A DNA stretch of 64,000 nucleotides from an uncultured bacterium (GTDB taxonomy: Bacteria > Babelota > Babeliae > Babelales > Babelaceae). Shown piece after piece: positions 20,871-31,014 of the stretch (positions are counted from its first letter, which is position 1; every line of letters starts with the position of its first letter). A program made the translations under genes and the position numbers. The notes under the pieces were generated by a model. It did not search any database, was not told the origin of the DNA, and saw only the letters and a program-made list of their open reading frames with translations. The stretch is taken from contig CAIKXM010000023.1 of the NCBI GenBank assembly GCA_903831405.1, positions 1,381 through 65,380 on the forward strand, read 5' to 3'.

Positions 20871-23350
20871 GAAATAATAATACCCATACGATATATCTCG
20901 CCCTCTTGGCATACATGATCAGTAAACGTTGCATTTGCCGATAGCACAACTTTTTGAGCACAACAAACACCAGCTATAATATGCGTAAGGTTCTCTACCA
21001 AGGCTATATCATCTGCCTGCTCAAAACCAATAAGCAGCTCAACCAGTGGTGTTTTGAGTGATAATTGTGATTGAGACTTCATGCGACGAACCGAAATCAC
21101 AATTTTCTGAACAATCTTCATTTGAGCACAAGAATGTTCATCAGAAAATGGTTTTTGAATAACGGCAAAATCAGTGGTATGAATAGAGGTTTTTTTATCA
21201 AAAACTCGATACACATTTTGATACAACTCTTCACACACATACGGCACAAAAGGCGCATACAACTGAATAATACGCAATCCAAGTAGATAGAGCGTATAAC
21301 GCGTCGCAGCAACTTCCTCTGCCTGATATAACTCAGGTTTGAACAGTTGGTCTTTTATAATTTCAAGATACGTATCACAGACGTCATGCCAGAAAAACGT
21401 ATCAATGTGTTCGAGCGCTATTGAAGGCTCACGCTTTTCAAAAGCCTTAACGTATTGATCATAACTCTGTGATGCACGATGGAGTATCCATGCATTTACC
21501 GGATAGGTGTTGTATACTGTTTCTTGAGGAGAAAAATGTTCTTCTATAAAGCGAAAAGCATTCCACAACTTTACTACAAGCCGATTGCCCGCTCTCAGTT
21601 GTGTGTCAGAGAATGCAGTATCTTGACCAAGGGCTCCTGTTGCCGTCCAATAACGAACCGCATCAGCAGAATACTGAGCAAGTAAATTTTCAGGTATCAG
21701 TGGACTATTGCCAACTGACTTAGAGATTTTTTGCTTATCAGTACTCAATACATGACCAGAGATAACAATCTCTTTCCATGGCAATGTTTTGCTATGCATC
21801 CATGCTTTAACTATGGTGTAGAATGCCCAGGTACGAATAATATCATGTGCTTGTGGACGCATACCCATAGGAAGAAAGTTGCTCTTGGTATCAAATACGT
21901 TATCAATTGAGTTTTCGTAAATACTTTTGCAGATATAAGGCGTCAATGACGATGTATTCCACGTGTCCATAATATCAGTATCAGCAACAATAGCATCGCT
22001 TCCACATGATGGGCACTTGCCAATATAGGGCGTTTCTTGCGGATCAATAGGCAACTGGTCACGTTGCGCTAGTATAACAGTCTCACACGCACTACAATGC
22101 CATGCAGGGAACGGTATCCCATATAAACGCTGACGCGATAAACACCAGTCCCAATTTATATTCTCAACCCAATTGCGATAGCGAGATTTCATAAACGCAG
22201 GAAACCACTCGATTTTGTCAGCACAGGCTAAAAAGTCTTGCTTGTATGGAGTGACCTGTAGAAACCATTGCATAAGAGAGATATATTCGATTGGGTTTTT
22301 GCAACGCTCATGGATATGTACGGTATGTGTTATTGCTTTTTGTGCGCGAATGAGCTGACAATCTTGTAATTTAGAAACAATGATTTCACGCGCCCCTTCT
22401 ACGTTTTTACCAGCCAAGAATGCAGTCTGTGCAACAAACTTTCCATCTCGACCAATTGATTGAATATAGGGCAAGTTGTACTTTGCTGCCCATTCAACGT
22501 CAGTAGAATCACCAAAGGTACAACACATTACCAAGCCGCTACCTTTTTCGATTACTACTTTTTCATCAGCAATAAGTGGCACGCTGCGTCCATATAGTGG
22601 AACCAAAAGCTGCGAGACAGCAAGCTTGTTGTAACGAGGATCTTGCGGGTTAAAAAGTACTGCAACACAAGAATATAATAGTTCAGGACGTGTTGTTGCA
22701 ATGATATACTCGTGTCCAGATTCATCAGTAAAAGCTATGTCATAAAAAATAGTTTGTTTTTCAGCATCATCAAGCTCAGCCTGTGCAACAGAGGTACGAC
22801 AACAGGTACAAAATGGTGCTGGCTTATTGCGACGATACGCATACCCTTTTTTATATAATTCAATAAAAGACTGCTGAGATATGGTACGTGAACGCGTATC
22901 AATTGTTGAATATTCGGCCTGCCAATCAACAGATAAACCTATACGTTGCCAAAGTTCTTTAAATTGTTTTTCTGCTGCAGCAGTTTCTTCCAGACAATTT
23001 TGTATAAAGTCGGCACGTGACATCATATGGGACCTTATAGAACGTTTCTTTTCAACAAACCGCTCTGTAGCAAGCCCATTGTCATCAAATCCAAAGGGGT
23101 AGAAAATCTCAAATCCATTCATACGATGGTAGCGTACAATAATATCTGTTTGAGTGTATGAGAATATATGTCCAATATGCAGCGCACCAGACACTGTTGG
23201 TGGCGGTGTATCAACACTATAGAGTGGGCGCGACTGATTTTCTAAATCTGCCTCAACTCCACTATGACATTTGTATATACCACTCTCATCCCAAAAGGTA
23301 CGTATTTTTTGTTCAACACACACTGACTCATAGGTTTTTTGCATACTCAT
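20867..23350 (-). CDS. valS: valine--tRNA ligase (looks archaeal/rickettsial-type)
   Basis: PPPTVSGALHIGH (HIGH) and KISKS (KMSKS). The editing-domain motif is CTFGDSTDVEW, and there is no C-terminal coiled coil. ATG 23350 follows GGTG; the track ORF opens at TTG 23362. Confidence 0.85.
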   Translation of the reverse strand: MSMQKTYESVCVEQKIRTFWDESGIYKCHSGVEADLENQSRPLYSVDTPPPTVSGALHIGHIFSYTQTDIIVRYHRMNGFEIFYPFGFDDNGLATERFVEKKRSIRSHMMSRADFIQNCLEETAAAEKQFKELWQRIGLSVDWQAEYSTIDTRSRTISQQSFIELYKKGYAYRRNKPAPFCTCCRTSVAQAELDDAEKQTIFYDIAFTDESGHEYIIATTRPELLYSCVAVLFNPQDPRYNKLAVSQLLVPLYGRSVPLIADEKVVIEKGSGLVMCCTFGDSTDVEWAAKYNLPYIQSIGRDGKFVAQTAFLAGKNVEGAREIIVSKLQDCQLIRAQKAITHTVHIHERCKNPIEYISLMQWFLQVTPYKQDFLACADKIEWFPAFMKSRYRNWVENINWDWCLSRQRLYGIPFPAWHCSACETVILAQRDQLPIDPQETPYIGKCPSCGSDAIVADTDIMDTWNTSSLTPYICKSIYENSIDNVFDTKSNFLPMGMRPQAHDIIRTWAFYTIVKAWMHSKTLPWKEIVISGHVLSTDKQKISKSVGNSPLIPENLLAQYSADAVRYWTATGALGQDTAFSDTQLRAGNRLVVKLWNAFRFIEEHFSPQETVYNTYPVNAWILHRASQSYDQYVKAFEKREPSIALEHIDTFFWHDVCDTYLEIIKDQLFKPELYQAEEVAATRYTLYLLGLRIIQLYAPFVPYVCEELYQNVYRVFDKKTSIHTTDFAVIQKPFSDEHSCAQMKIVQKIVISVRRMKSQSQLSLKTPLVELLIGFEQADDIALVENLTHIIAGVCCAQKVVLSANATFTDHVCQEGEIYRMGIIIS

Positions 23351-23509
23351 ACATTGCACCAATCTGACATAATGAAAAAAGAATCAAAATAGTCTCAAAA
23401 ATTTACTCATACCATCTAGTGTACACTAAAAATAATCTTAGTATCATAGAATTATTTTAGAATAATTGGTAAATATGATCTATAGATATTTTTATATATC
23501 TATTTTAAC

Positions 23510-23555
23510 AAAAAAAGAGGCTCGCTTTGTATGATTACATCACAAAGCAAGCCTC
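23510..23555 (-). terminator. rho-independent terminator of 23806..24342
   Basis: Minus strand reads gaggcttgctttgt..acaaagcgagcctc followed by ttttttt. Confidence 0.7.
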
Positions 23556-23805
23556 AATATATATGTATAAAATTTGCAATATAGAAGAAACATTAAAAAA
23601 TTTTTAACAAGTGAATATTACGCACAAGAAAACATTAATTATTTGAACGCAATCACCCATAGCCTATTTCATTAAAAGCTACACACCTGTTATAAAAAAT
23701 ATGTTTAAAACAATAATTTCTGCGCAGAGAGTGCATTGTATGGGTAAAACCAAAAGAATTTTACTATACAATCAACATATTATATTTTTTCAAAAATTAT
23801 TTTAT

Positions 23806-24342
23806 TCATACTCTAGCAGCAAGATACTCTCTACGCTCTTCTTCAGAATTAAACAAACTTGCTCCAGGAACATGCGCCTGTTGCAGAGGCTCGACTGGCA
23901 AAATTACTTCTCGACGCGGCAAATTACCTACAGCAGGAGGAAGATTTACCATTTCTGATAAATGTATTGGAGCTCTCGGAGACATTGGAGCTATTGGTTC
24001 CACTGGCACCTGATTTAAAGCCTCAGCTGCTCGTACTATTTCTCTATTAGTTCGCGCCCCACGCCATGCTGCATATATATACAAAGCCGCTATAAGAGTC
24101 ACCCACTTCATTTTGCCCGTAAGCATGTATGAGCAAACTGAATAAGTTGTTGAAAGACCTGTCTTTACTACATGACCGCCTATCTTTATACCATGCTTTA
24201 GAGGTATGCGCGAAAGACGATTTAGTGTAACAGAAGAAGCGTTTACAAGAGATTGTTTGAAACCAAAATGTACCGCTGCCTGCGTTGTGCATGAATTACA
24301 CACACAAAGAACAAGAGCTATATATGCGATTAATTTTTTCAT
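23806..24342 (-). CDS. hypothetical membrane/secreted protein, Pro-rich C-terminus
   Basis: Signal peptide MKKLIAYIALVLCVCNSC and an internal TM helix. I recognise no family. Confidence 0.5.
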   Translation of the reverse strand: MKKLIAYIALVLCVCNSCTTQAAVHFGFKQSLVNASSVTLNRLSRIPLKHGIKIGGHVVKTGLSTTYSVCSYMLTGKMKWVTLIAALYIYAAWRGARTNREIVRAAEALNQVPVEPIAPMSPRAPIHLSEMVNLPPAVGNLPRREVILPVEPLQQAHVPGASLFNSEEERREYLAARV

Positions 24343-24411
24343 TTTTTTAAATACCTTCTTCTTAATTTTGTTATTACTTTCTTCTTAATTTTGTTACCAT
24401 ACATCTTATAG

Positions 24412-24524
24412 CCTATAGCCTGTTTCGCTACGATCTATGCGTTCGTTATAAACTATGCTTACATAATACACTCTGCGCCGAGTACAGCTGTATAGTGCTA
24501 AAAGAATTGTGCTGTATATTACTG
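24412..24524 (+). repeat. intergenic element family 2, copy 1
   Basis: ctatagcctgtttcgctacgatctatgcgt...aaaagaattgtgctgtatattactg aligns with 49173..49290. Confidence 0.6.
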
Positions 24525-24619
24525 CTAAAAAAAATAAATACTATTTTGAAAATTAATTATAACACAACAATCTATTTTCGTCAAAAGACTTATACTTCAA
24601 TAAATTTACTGTTTTTAGC

Positions 24620-24730
24620 TAGCTTTATTTAGCTTTGCCCCCTCTTCACCACTTTTCAAAACACTTCCCCAGTAGCACTAAGCAGAACTGTGTAAAAAAA
24701 ATAAAAAACTAAGCACATCTCTCTATAACA
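24620..24730 (+). repeat. intergenic element family 1, copy B (most divergent)
   Basis: ttatttagctttgcc...acttttcaaaacacttcc...actgtgtaaaaaaaataaaaaactaagcacatctctctataaca is collinear with copies C, D and E. Confidence 0.5.
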
Positions 24731-24780
24731 AAGCTGCTGCTAATTTTTTATCCCGGCAAGAGCGTTGAGACGTTTTTTCT

Positions 24781-24850
24781 ATGCTCATTTTACCCCAAAA
24801 TCGGAACTTTTTATGTTGCGAAAAAGCGGAACTTATCACTTTGCTCTAAC
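24781..24850 (-). repeat. intergenic element family 4, left copy (inverted relative to 34966..35036)
   Basis: Reverse complement gttagagcaaagtgataagttcc...aaaaagttccgattttggggtaaaatgagcat aligns with 34966..35036. It contains CGGAACTT twice. Confidence 0.7.
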
Positions 24851-25001
24851 ACGATAAGCAGTTAACCTTTACAAAAAAATGCTTTTTCCTATACTTAATA
24901 ATCCAATACGTAATGGAATATTAGCTTTTAAAAATACTACCGCTGCACATCTGCTGGTAGTTTTTTTCTTTTTTTATATCTTTTTGGAAGGATTCGTTAT
25001 T

Positions 25002-26399
25002 ATGATTTTAAAGGTTTTACAAGCTATAACACGACCAATGTTTGGCTCGTTCGAGCGCGAGGAATTCAAAAAATTTCTTCGTCTTGGTTTGATTTTTGCA
25101 ACCATCATCGGAACCTACTGGACGCTTCGCGTTCTTAAAAAGGCTGTTTTTTATAAACTTGTTGGTGCAGCTTTTATCCCTTTTGCAAAAACGGCTTCAA
25201 TAATCGGCCTTATCCCTTTGTTGATTTTTTATAACAAGCTTCTTGATCGTTACCCACGCGAAAAAATGTTTAACATCTTAGCAATCGCTTACGGCTCACT
25301 CTTCTTACTGGTTGGCGGATTATTATTAATCACCCAAGCTGCACCTGAAGTTATTGCTGCACGTACCGGTTGGGCTATGATAGGAACACAAGCTGTTGGA
25401 TATGGCTGGTATGTTTTGACCGAAACATTTGGTTCACTTGTTGTTGCATTGTTCTGGGCAATATCATCAGATATCACCAGTCCTGATTCTGCAAAAAAAG
25501 GTTTCTACTTGGTAACCGCACTTGCACAAGCTGGTGGCATTGTTTTACCTAACTATCTCAGCAAAATTCCACAATATTTCAACCTCCAAACTGATGCTGC
25601 AGTACTTTTTGTTACCGCACTACTTACCTTCTCATTATATTTCTCAATGAATTGGTTCTTTAAAAACACCCCAAAGAAATTGCTTGAATCGTTCAGCCAC
25701 CATGCAGCAAACGAAAAAGAAGTCGAAAAAGAACAAGAACCTGGATTCTTTGAAGGGCTCAAAATTCTTTTCCGTCACAAATATCTCCTTGGTATTTTTG
25801 CCGCAATTAGCATCTACGAAATTATCGTTACTATTTTTGACTTTAATTTTGACTTGTTAGCTAACGCTGCCTACTCAGGCGCAGAACTTACCGCATACCT
25901 TGGTTCATATGCTTCGTACGTAAATATCGTAGCATGTATTTGTCTTCTTTTAGGTATCAGCAACATTACTCGTTGGCTTGGTGTGAGCGTAGCGCTTGTT
26001 CTTATGCCTGTTATTATTGGCGGCGCATTCATAGGCTTTATTTCAATTCATAATTTACAGTTCCTCTTCTGGCTCATGGTTAGCTCAAAAGCTATCAACT
26101 ATGCCCTCAACGGACCTGCTATGAAGCAATTGTATATTCCTACAAGCAAAGATGCTCGATTTAAAGCACAATCATGGATCGAATCATTCGGTTCACGTGG
26201 AGCAAAAGAAAGTGGCTCTATTATTAATATGACACTTAATCCACTGGTATCACGCTTTGGTCAAATTGCTGGTCGTATTAAATACATCAACTTAGTTAGC
26301 GGAATAGGCCTAGTGCTTGTTAGCTGCTGGTTCTTTGTTGCGCTCTTCCTTGGTCGCACATACAACAAAGCAATCGCAGAAAAGAAAATTATTTGCTAA
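25002..26399 (+). CDS. ATP/ADP translocase (NTT/Tlc family nucleotide transporter), copy 1
   Basis: 465 aa with about 12 TM helices. It has ILR-type N-terminal helix 1 (GTYWTLRVLKK), GAAFIPFAKT and the C-terminal YIPTSKDARFKAQSWIESFGSRGAKESGS typical of NTT proteins. ATG 25002 (RBS GGAAGGA) gives the same length as copy 2. Confidence 0.8.
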   Translation: MILKVLQAITRPMFGSFEREEFKKFLRLGLIFATIIGTYWTLRVLKKAVFYKLVGAAFIPFAKTASIIGLIPLLIFYNKLLDRYPREKMFNILAIAYGSLFLLVGGLLLITQAAPEVIAARTGWAMIGTQAVGYGWYVLTETFGSLVVALFWAISSDITSPDSAKKGFYLVTALAQAGGIVLPNYLSKIPQYFNLQTDAAVLFVTALLTFSLYFSMNWFFKNTPKKLLESFSHHAANEKEVEKEQEPGFFEGLKILFRHKYLLGIFAAISIYEIIVTIFDFNFDLLANAAYSGAELTAYLGSYASYVNIVACICLLLGISNITRWLGVSVALVLMPVIIGGAFIGFISIHNLQFLFWLMVSSKAINYALNGPAMKQLYIPTSKDARFKAQSWIESFGSRGAKESGSIINMTLNPLVSRFGQIAGRIKYINLVSGIGLVLVSCWFFVALFLGRTYNKAIAEKKIIC

Positions 26400-26429
26400 A
26401 ATTTGTAGCAACATAGTATTTCTCAACAC

Positions 26430-26465
26430 ACAAAGAAGGCCTGGATTTTTCCAGGCCTTCTTTGT
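26430..26465 (+). terminator. hairpin terminator between the two NTT genes
   Basis: acaaagaaggcctgga pairs with tccaggccttctttgt across a 4-nt loop. Confidence 0.75.
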
Positions 26466-26542
26466 TACAAGCAAAATAGTGTATAACAAGAGAAGGGGGA
26501 CAAAAATAAATATAATACAAAGATCAAAAAAGGGGGATTTGT

Positions 26543-27940
26543 ATGATTGTGTCATTTTTTCAAACTATAACACGGCCAATTTTTGGCTCATTTGAGCGCG
26601 AAGAGTATAAAAAGTTTCTTCGACTTGGTCTCATCTTTGCAACAATCCTGGGCACCTACTGGACCATTCGCGTACTCAAAAACGTAGTCTTTTTTAAACT
26701 TGTTGGTGCATCGTTCGTTCCTTTTGCAAAAACAGCTTCTCTGATTACCCTATTCCCGCTATTAATTTTCTACAACAAACTACTCGACCGCTACCCGCGA
26801 GAAAAGATGTTTAACATCTTAGCCATTGCCTATGGTTCACTCTTTCTCGTTGTCAGCTGCTTGCTCTTAATAACTCAGGCGGCTCCTGATGTTATTGCAG
26901 CACGCTCTGGATTGGCTCTTTTTGCTACACAATCTATTGGATATAGCTGGTATGTGGTAACCGAAACGTTTGGCTCACTCGTTGTTGCACTATTTTGGGC
27001 AATAGCATCAGATATTACCAAGCCCGAATCAGCAAAAAAAGGTTTCTACTTTGTCACCGCACTCGGACAAATTGGTAGTATCATTGCCCCCGGATTGCTC
27101 AGTAGATTGCCCGGATTACTCAATCTGCAAACAGATGCCATTGTACTCTTTATTGCAGCACTATTTACCTTTTCGCTCTACTTCTCTATGACCTGGTTCT
27201 TTGCACGTACACCAAAGAACTTACTCGAATCATTTAATGATGGAGCAGTAAACGAGCAGGAAATTGAAAAAGAAAATAAACCAAGTTTTTTTGAAGGCCT
27301 CAAAATTCTCTTTACGCACAAGTATTTACTCGGTATTTTTACCGTCATTAGCATATTTGAGATTATTGCTACCATATTCGATCTTAACTTTGATCTGCTG
27401 GCAAGCGCAACCCATTCTGGAGCAGCTTTGACTGCATATATTGGTGATTACGCCACCATGGTAAATGTTGTTGCATTTATATGCCTGATTGCCGGCATTG
27501 GCAACATTACCCGATTTCTTGGTGTTAGCGTTGCGCTTATCTTGATGCCTATTATTATTGGCTGCGCACTATTTGGCTTTGTGTCTCTTCATAGCCTGCA
27601 ATTTCTCTTCTGGCTTATGGTTGGATCAAAAGCTATTAACTACGCCCTTAACGGCCCTGCTATGAAGCAGCTCTATATTCCAACCAGCAAAGACGCTCGA
27701 TTTAAGGCACAGTCATGGATTGAGATGTTCGGATCACGATCTGCAAAAGGAAGCGGTTCTATTTTTAACATGAGTCTTCAACCGCTACAGTCACGATTTG
27801 GCGAAGTTGTCGGCCGTGCAAAATATATTACCTTTATTAGCTACATTGGCTTTGTTCTTGTTGCCTGCTGGTTCGTTGTCGCTATTTTCTTGGGTCGTAC
27901 ATACAACAAAGCAATCAAAGAAAAGAAAATTATTTGCTGA
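26543..27940 (+). CDS. ATP/ADP translocase (NTT/Tlc family), copy 2
   Basis: 465 aa, collinear with copy 1 and by eye about three quarters identical. RBS AGGGGGA. Confidence 0.8.
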   Translation: MIVSFFQTITRPIFGSFEREEYKKFLRLGLIFATILGTYWTIRVLKNVVFFKLVGASFVPFAKTASLITLFPLLIFYNKLLDRYPREKMFNILAIAYGSLFLVVSCLLLITQAAPDVIAARSGLALFATQSIGYSWYVVTETFGSLVVALFWAIASDITKPESAKKGFYFVTALGQIGSIIAPGLLSRLPGLLNLQTDAIVLFIAALFTFSLYFSMTWFFARTPKNLLESFNDGAVNEQEIEKENKPSFFEGLKILFTHKYLLGIFTVISIFEIIATIFDLNFDLLASATHSGAALTAYIGDYATMVNVVAFICLIAGIGNITRFLGVSVALILMPIIIGCALFGFVSLHSLQFLFWLMVGSKAINYALNGPAMKQLYIPTSKDARFKAQSWIEMFGSRSAKGSGSIFNMSLQPLQSRFGEVVGRAKYITFISYIGFVLVACWFVVAIFLGRTYNKAIKEKKIIC

Positions 27941-27948
27941 TCAACAGT

Positions 27949-27992
27949 AATAAGAATACCAGCATGTTTGCAAACATGCTGGTATTCTTATT
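27949..27992 (+). terminator. 44-nt perfect palindrome terminator
   Basis: aataagaataccagcatgtttg pairs with caaacatgctggtattcttatt. Confidence 0.8.
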
Positions 27993-28052
27993 GTTATGTA
28001 AATAAATGATTCTTTAAATTACAATAAAATCAATGCGCAATAAAAAAAATAA

Positions 28053-28904
28053 TTATCTACCTTTAGGCTCATTAGCAGCTGTACGAATGTGCCGCATGAA
28101 ATTTTCTAATTCTCTAATAAATCTATCAATTTTAACATATGAATCACTGGAGCCTATCTCAAAAGAAAATATTCTTTGAGCATTTTTAGAATGATCTATA
28201 AGTCTTTGAGCAAGATCTTTAACAGCCTTTCCTTTTGATTCATCAAGAAGATACTGGTGTGCATACTGAACTATAGCCTCTACTTTATTTTTAGCATTCT
28301 TATATTGAGTAATAGCTCCAGCAGACTGTCTTAATTCTGGAATCCAAGCGACATCAAGACCTTGCGTTACAGCTTCTATCTCTTTTGCTGAATACAGCTG
28401 ACCTATTTTTTGCAAAATATCGTTCGCTTTATCAATTGTTTTTTGAGCGGCTCTTTGCACCAACACATTTTCATCATGTATATATGCCTGCATACTATCT
28501 AAAATAGATTTCGCAGCGACCCTTGCTTGCTGAGCGACAAGATCAAAATTTCTTTTTTGAATTGTTGTTGGTTGAACAAAAATAACCGTTCTATCTCCCC
28601 CATCAAACCTACCAGCAAACTCCATAGCCTGATTTCTTGCTTCTTGCGCTTTCGCTAAAGCTTCTCTCATTCCATTAGTTCTTCTAGGAGCCATTGCCCA
28701 CATTTGCATATCATTATAACTTTGCACAGCTGATTGTGCTACCATTGCTGCTTCTTTTGCAGATTGACCTTTTGCACCTTCAAGTAAAGGTTCTACATCT
28801 CTCTCAATTTGTTGAATTTGTTTATAAGCTATATTATCCATACTTACGACTTGATAATTATATCCAAACAATACAACAATACTTAAAAATAATATTCTTT
28901 TCAT
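28053..28904 (-). CDS. hypothetical secreted helical protein
   Basis: ATG 28904 follows AAGGAGAG. The signal peptide is MKRILFLSIVVLFGYNYQVVSM. I recognise no family. Confidence 0.55.
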   Translation of the reverse strand: MKRILFLSIVVLFGYNYQVVSMDNIAYKQIQQIERDVEPLLEGAKGQSAKEAAMVAQSAVQSYNDMQMWAMAPRRTNGMREALAKAQEARNQAMEFAGRFDGGDRTVIFVQPTTIQKRNFDLVAQQARVAAKSILDSMQAYIHDENVLVQRAAQKTIDKANDILQKIGQLYSAKEIEAVTQGLDVAWIPELRQSAGAITQYKNAKNKVEAIVQYAHQYLLDESKGKAVKDLAQRLIDHSKNAQRIFSFEIGSSDSYVKIDRFIRELENFMRHIRTAANEPKGR

Positions 28905-28990
28905 ATCTCTCTCTCCTTTTTTTGTATAAACATTCTTACTAAACACACTCTTTAAAGACTACAAAGGCTTTAATAAAATAAATTTTCTAC

Positions 28991-29617
28991 TTATTTTATC
29001 TCATCCATGTCTTTCATTATCTTCTGCTCATCTTCTAGAGTTGTTGTCGTAACCGGGGTTGTAGCAATTGGTTCTGGGGTTGTAGCAACTGGGGTTGTAG
29101 CAACTGCAGGAATAGTTTGTTCCTGCGGCATCACTTGTGCCGGCAACTGAACAGTTTTCTGTTCTTCTGTAATGCCCTGATTTGCTTCTTTTGTATCAAG
29201 CGACAGCTCAAAATCTACTTGCTTGTCGCCCAATGACAGATGGCCAGTCATTTGTTTTGCTGCTTCGACTTGACCCTCAACTGGTTTAACTAGTTCTGGT
29301 TTTACCATTTCTGGTTGTGCAAGAGTTTGCTCTTCAATAGCTAGTCCTTCGGCAACTGGCTGCTCAGCAGGCACCATCTGAACTGGCACAACTTGTTCTT
29401 GATGAACAACAAGCACATCACCTGGCTGCTCACTGCCTACAATAGGTACACCCTGTGGCGTTGCAACCATTTCGCTTACTTCACCATATTCATACAGTTC
29501 ACCTTCTTGATCAGCGCTACGCTTTTCATACGAAGATCCCGTTTGCGCAATCTCTGCACGCACACAACCAAAAGCAATCACACATACAACCAATGCAAAA
29601 TAGTGGAACATTTTCAT
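28991..29617 (-). CDS. hypothetical secreted acidic P/V/Q/E-rich protein
   Basis: Signal peptide, low-complexity body, and ATTPVATTPEPIATTPVTTTT repeats near the C-terminus. Confidence 0.5.
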   Translation of the reverse strand: MKMFHYFALVVCVIAFGCVRAEIAQTGSSYEKRSADQEGELYEYGEVSEMVATPQGVPIVGSEQPGDVLVVHQEQVVPVQMVPAEQPVAEGLAIEEQTLAQPEMVKPELVKPVEGQVEAAKQMTGHLSLGDKQVDFELSLDTKEANQGITEEQKTVQLPAQVMPQEQTIPAVATTPVATTPEPIATTPVTTTTLEDEQKIMKDMDEIK

Positions 29618-29665
29618 AAAAATCCCTCCTTCTTAAAAAATTAAACAAACTAAACCACTCTTTTT

Positions 29666-30139
29666 TTATTTTTTACGTAAAAAGCACCAGCTGCCATCGC
29701 TTGCCTTTCCTATACGTAAGCACCTATTTTTTTGATCTTTTGCATGTTTCGCTGAACAATACTTCACACATTCAAAAACAGCTGTTGCATTGCTACCAAC
29801 CTGGCAATTAGCTGATCGACAAATAACTACAGAATGACCATCTTTAAACGTGCCGTAAAAACAGGCATAAGGCAGACAGCCTGACTCGTTTTTCTTTAAC
29901 AAACCAATATCGGTTTCACTAATATCAAGAGGTATCGATACACAACGCTCAAAATCCTGCGCTGCGAATGGATTTTGTTGCATAGTCAAAGATTGCTCAC
30001 TAGCTCCCGTAGATCGACCCATAAAAGGCGCTCCTGGAACGAGAAAATAATTACATGATTGGGTTGATTGCAAAAGCAATACATTGCCCAATAAAACACT
30101 CATGCATACCAGCCACATTTTCTTAATTAAAATTTTCAT
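29666..30139 (-). CDS. hypothetical secreted Cys-rich protein
   Basis: Signal peptide and more than 10 Cys in the mature part. I recognise no family. Confidence 0.5.
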   Translation of the reverse strand: MKILIKKMWLVCMSVLLGNVLLLQSTQSCNYFLVPGAPFMGRSTGASEQSLTMQQNPFAAQDFERCVSIPLDISETDIGLLKKNESGCLPYACFYGTFKDGHSVVICRSANCQVGSNATAVFECVKYCSAKHAKDQKNRCLRIGKASDGSWCFLRKK

Positions 30140-30272
30140 GGCCCTCTCCTTTTGTTTTGATACATACCCTACCTATACTAAGCAACATCTCTTTTGAAAT
30201 GTTTCATTATTATCTACGATACTACTTTTTATTTTCAAATAGCAATAGTTTTATTTTTTATTCTAAAAAAGG

Positions 30273-31010
30273 ATGGTCACAATGGTACACAATACTCGTT
30301 TTATACAGCCGCTAAGCCTGCTTTTACTCTTTTTCTTCACCCCTCTGAATAGTTTTTCTTGGCTTCAAAAAACAGCTCTTTCTATCATTGAGGAAGAAAT
30401 TAATGAGGTGCGTGTAAATAATAAAAAATTACTGGGCGAAAAAGCAAAACTACTGCTCGAAAATGAAGCATTGTATAAAAAACTTGCAAGCAAGACATCT
30501 CTCTTGACCGACAATCGCATTGCTCTGGCAGCAAGTGTCATTGTTTCATATATGGGCTGTAATTATATTCTTATGAAATTAAACACAAAGCTTTTACATC
30601 CCCATTTGTGGTCTTTTTGGATGAATCAATTTTCGATTAAAGATATACAGCAATCTTCATATACATTAACACCAAGGTTTATCTCAGAAATTGTACTGCA
30701 TTACAGTGGAGTCGACACAGCAACGTTTAACACATATAGCGATGAACAAAAGTATGAGCTCTGCATAGAGTATATATCAACTTTTTTTATCGATATCGAT
30801 CGTGAAATAGCTCTGCTTACGCTCTATCAAAACATAACAACTATTCTTAACAAAATTCCAGCAAGCACCTATCTATTTTGCCTAGAACCAGTAATTATTG
30901 GTACGATACAAAGTCGAATAAACAGACTTGTTTTTTATAAACAACTATGCTTACAACTATTGCAAAAGCCGATTAATCAAGAAGTGCCAGAAACAATAAA
31001 GGGAGTCTAA
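30273..31010 (+). CDS. hypothetical membrane protein
   Basis: N-terminal hydrophobic leader, coiled segment and internal TM helix. It is tightly followed by the Nudix gene. Confidence 0.5.
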   Translation: MVTMVHNTRFIQPLSLLLLFFFTPLNSFSWLQKTALSIIEEEINEVRVNNKKLLGEKAKLLLENEALYKKLASKTSLLTDNRIALAASVIVSYMGCNYILMKLNTKLLHPHLWSFWMNQFSIKDIQQSSYTLTPRFISEIVLHYSGVDTATFNTYSDEQKYELCIEYISTFFIDIDREIALLTLYQNITTILNKIPASTYLFCLEPVIIGTIQSRINRLVFYKQLCLQLLQKPINQEVPETIKGV

Positions 31011-31014
31011 AAAT

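Noticed and set aside
24879-25001. 41-codon N-terminal extension of NTT copy 1 given by the ORF track
   Set aside because: The paralogue starts at the equivalent of ATG 25002. That ATG has a GGAAGGA RBS, and both proteins then have the same length (465 aa). The extension is poly-Phe, derived from a T-run.
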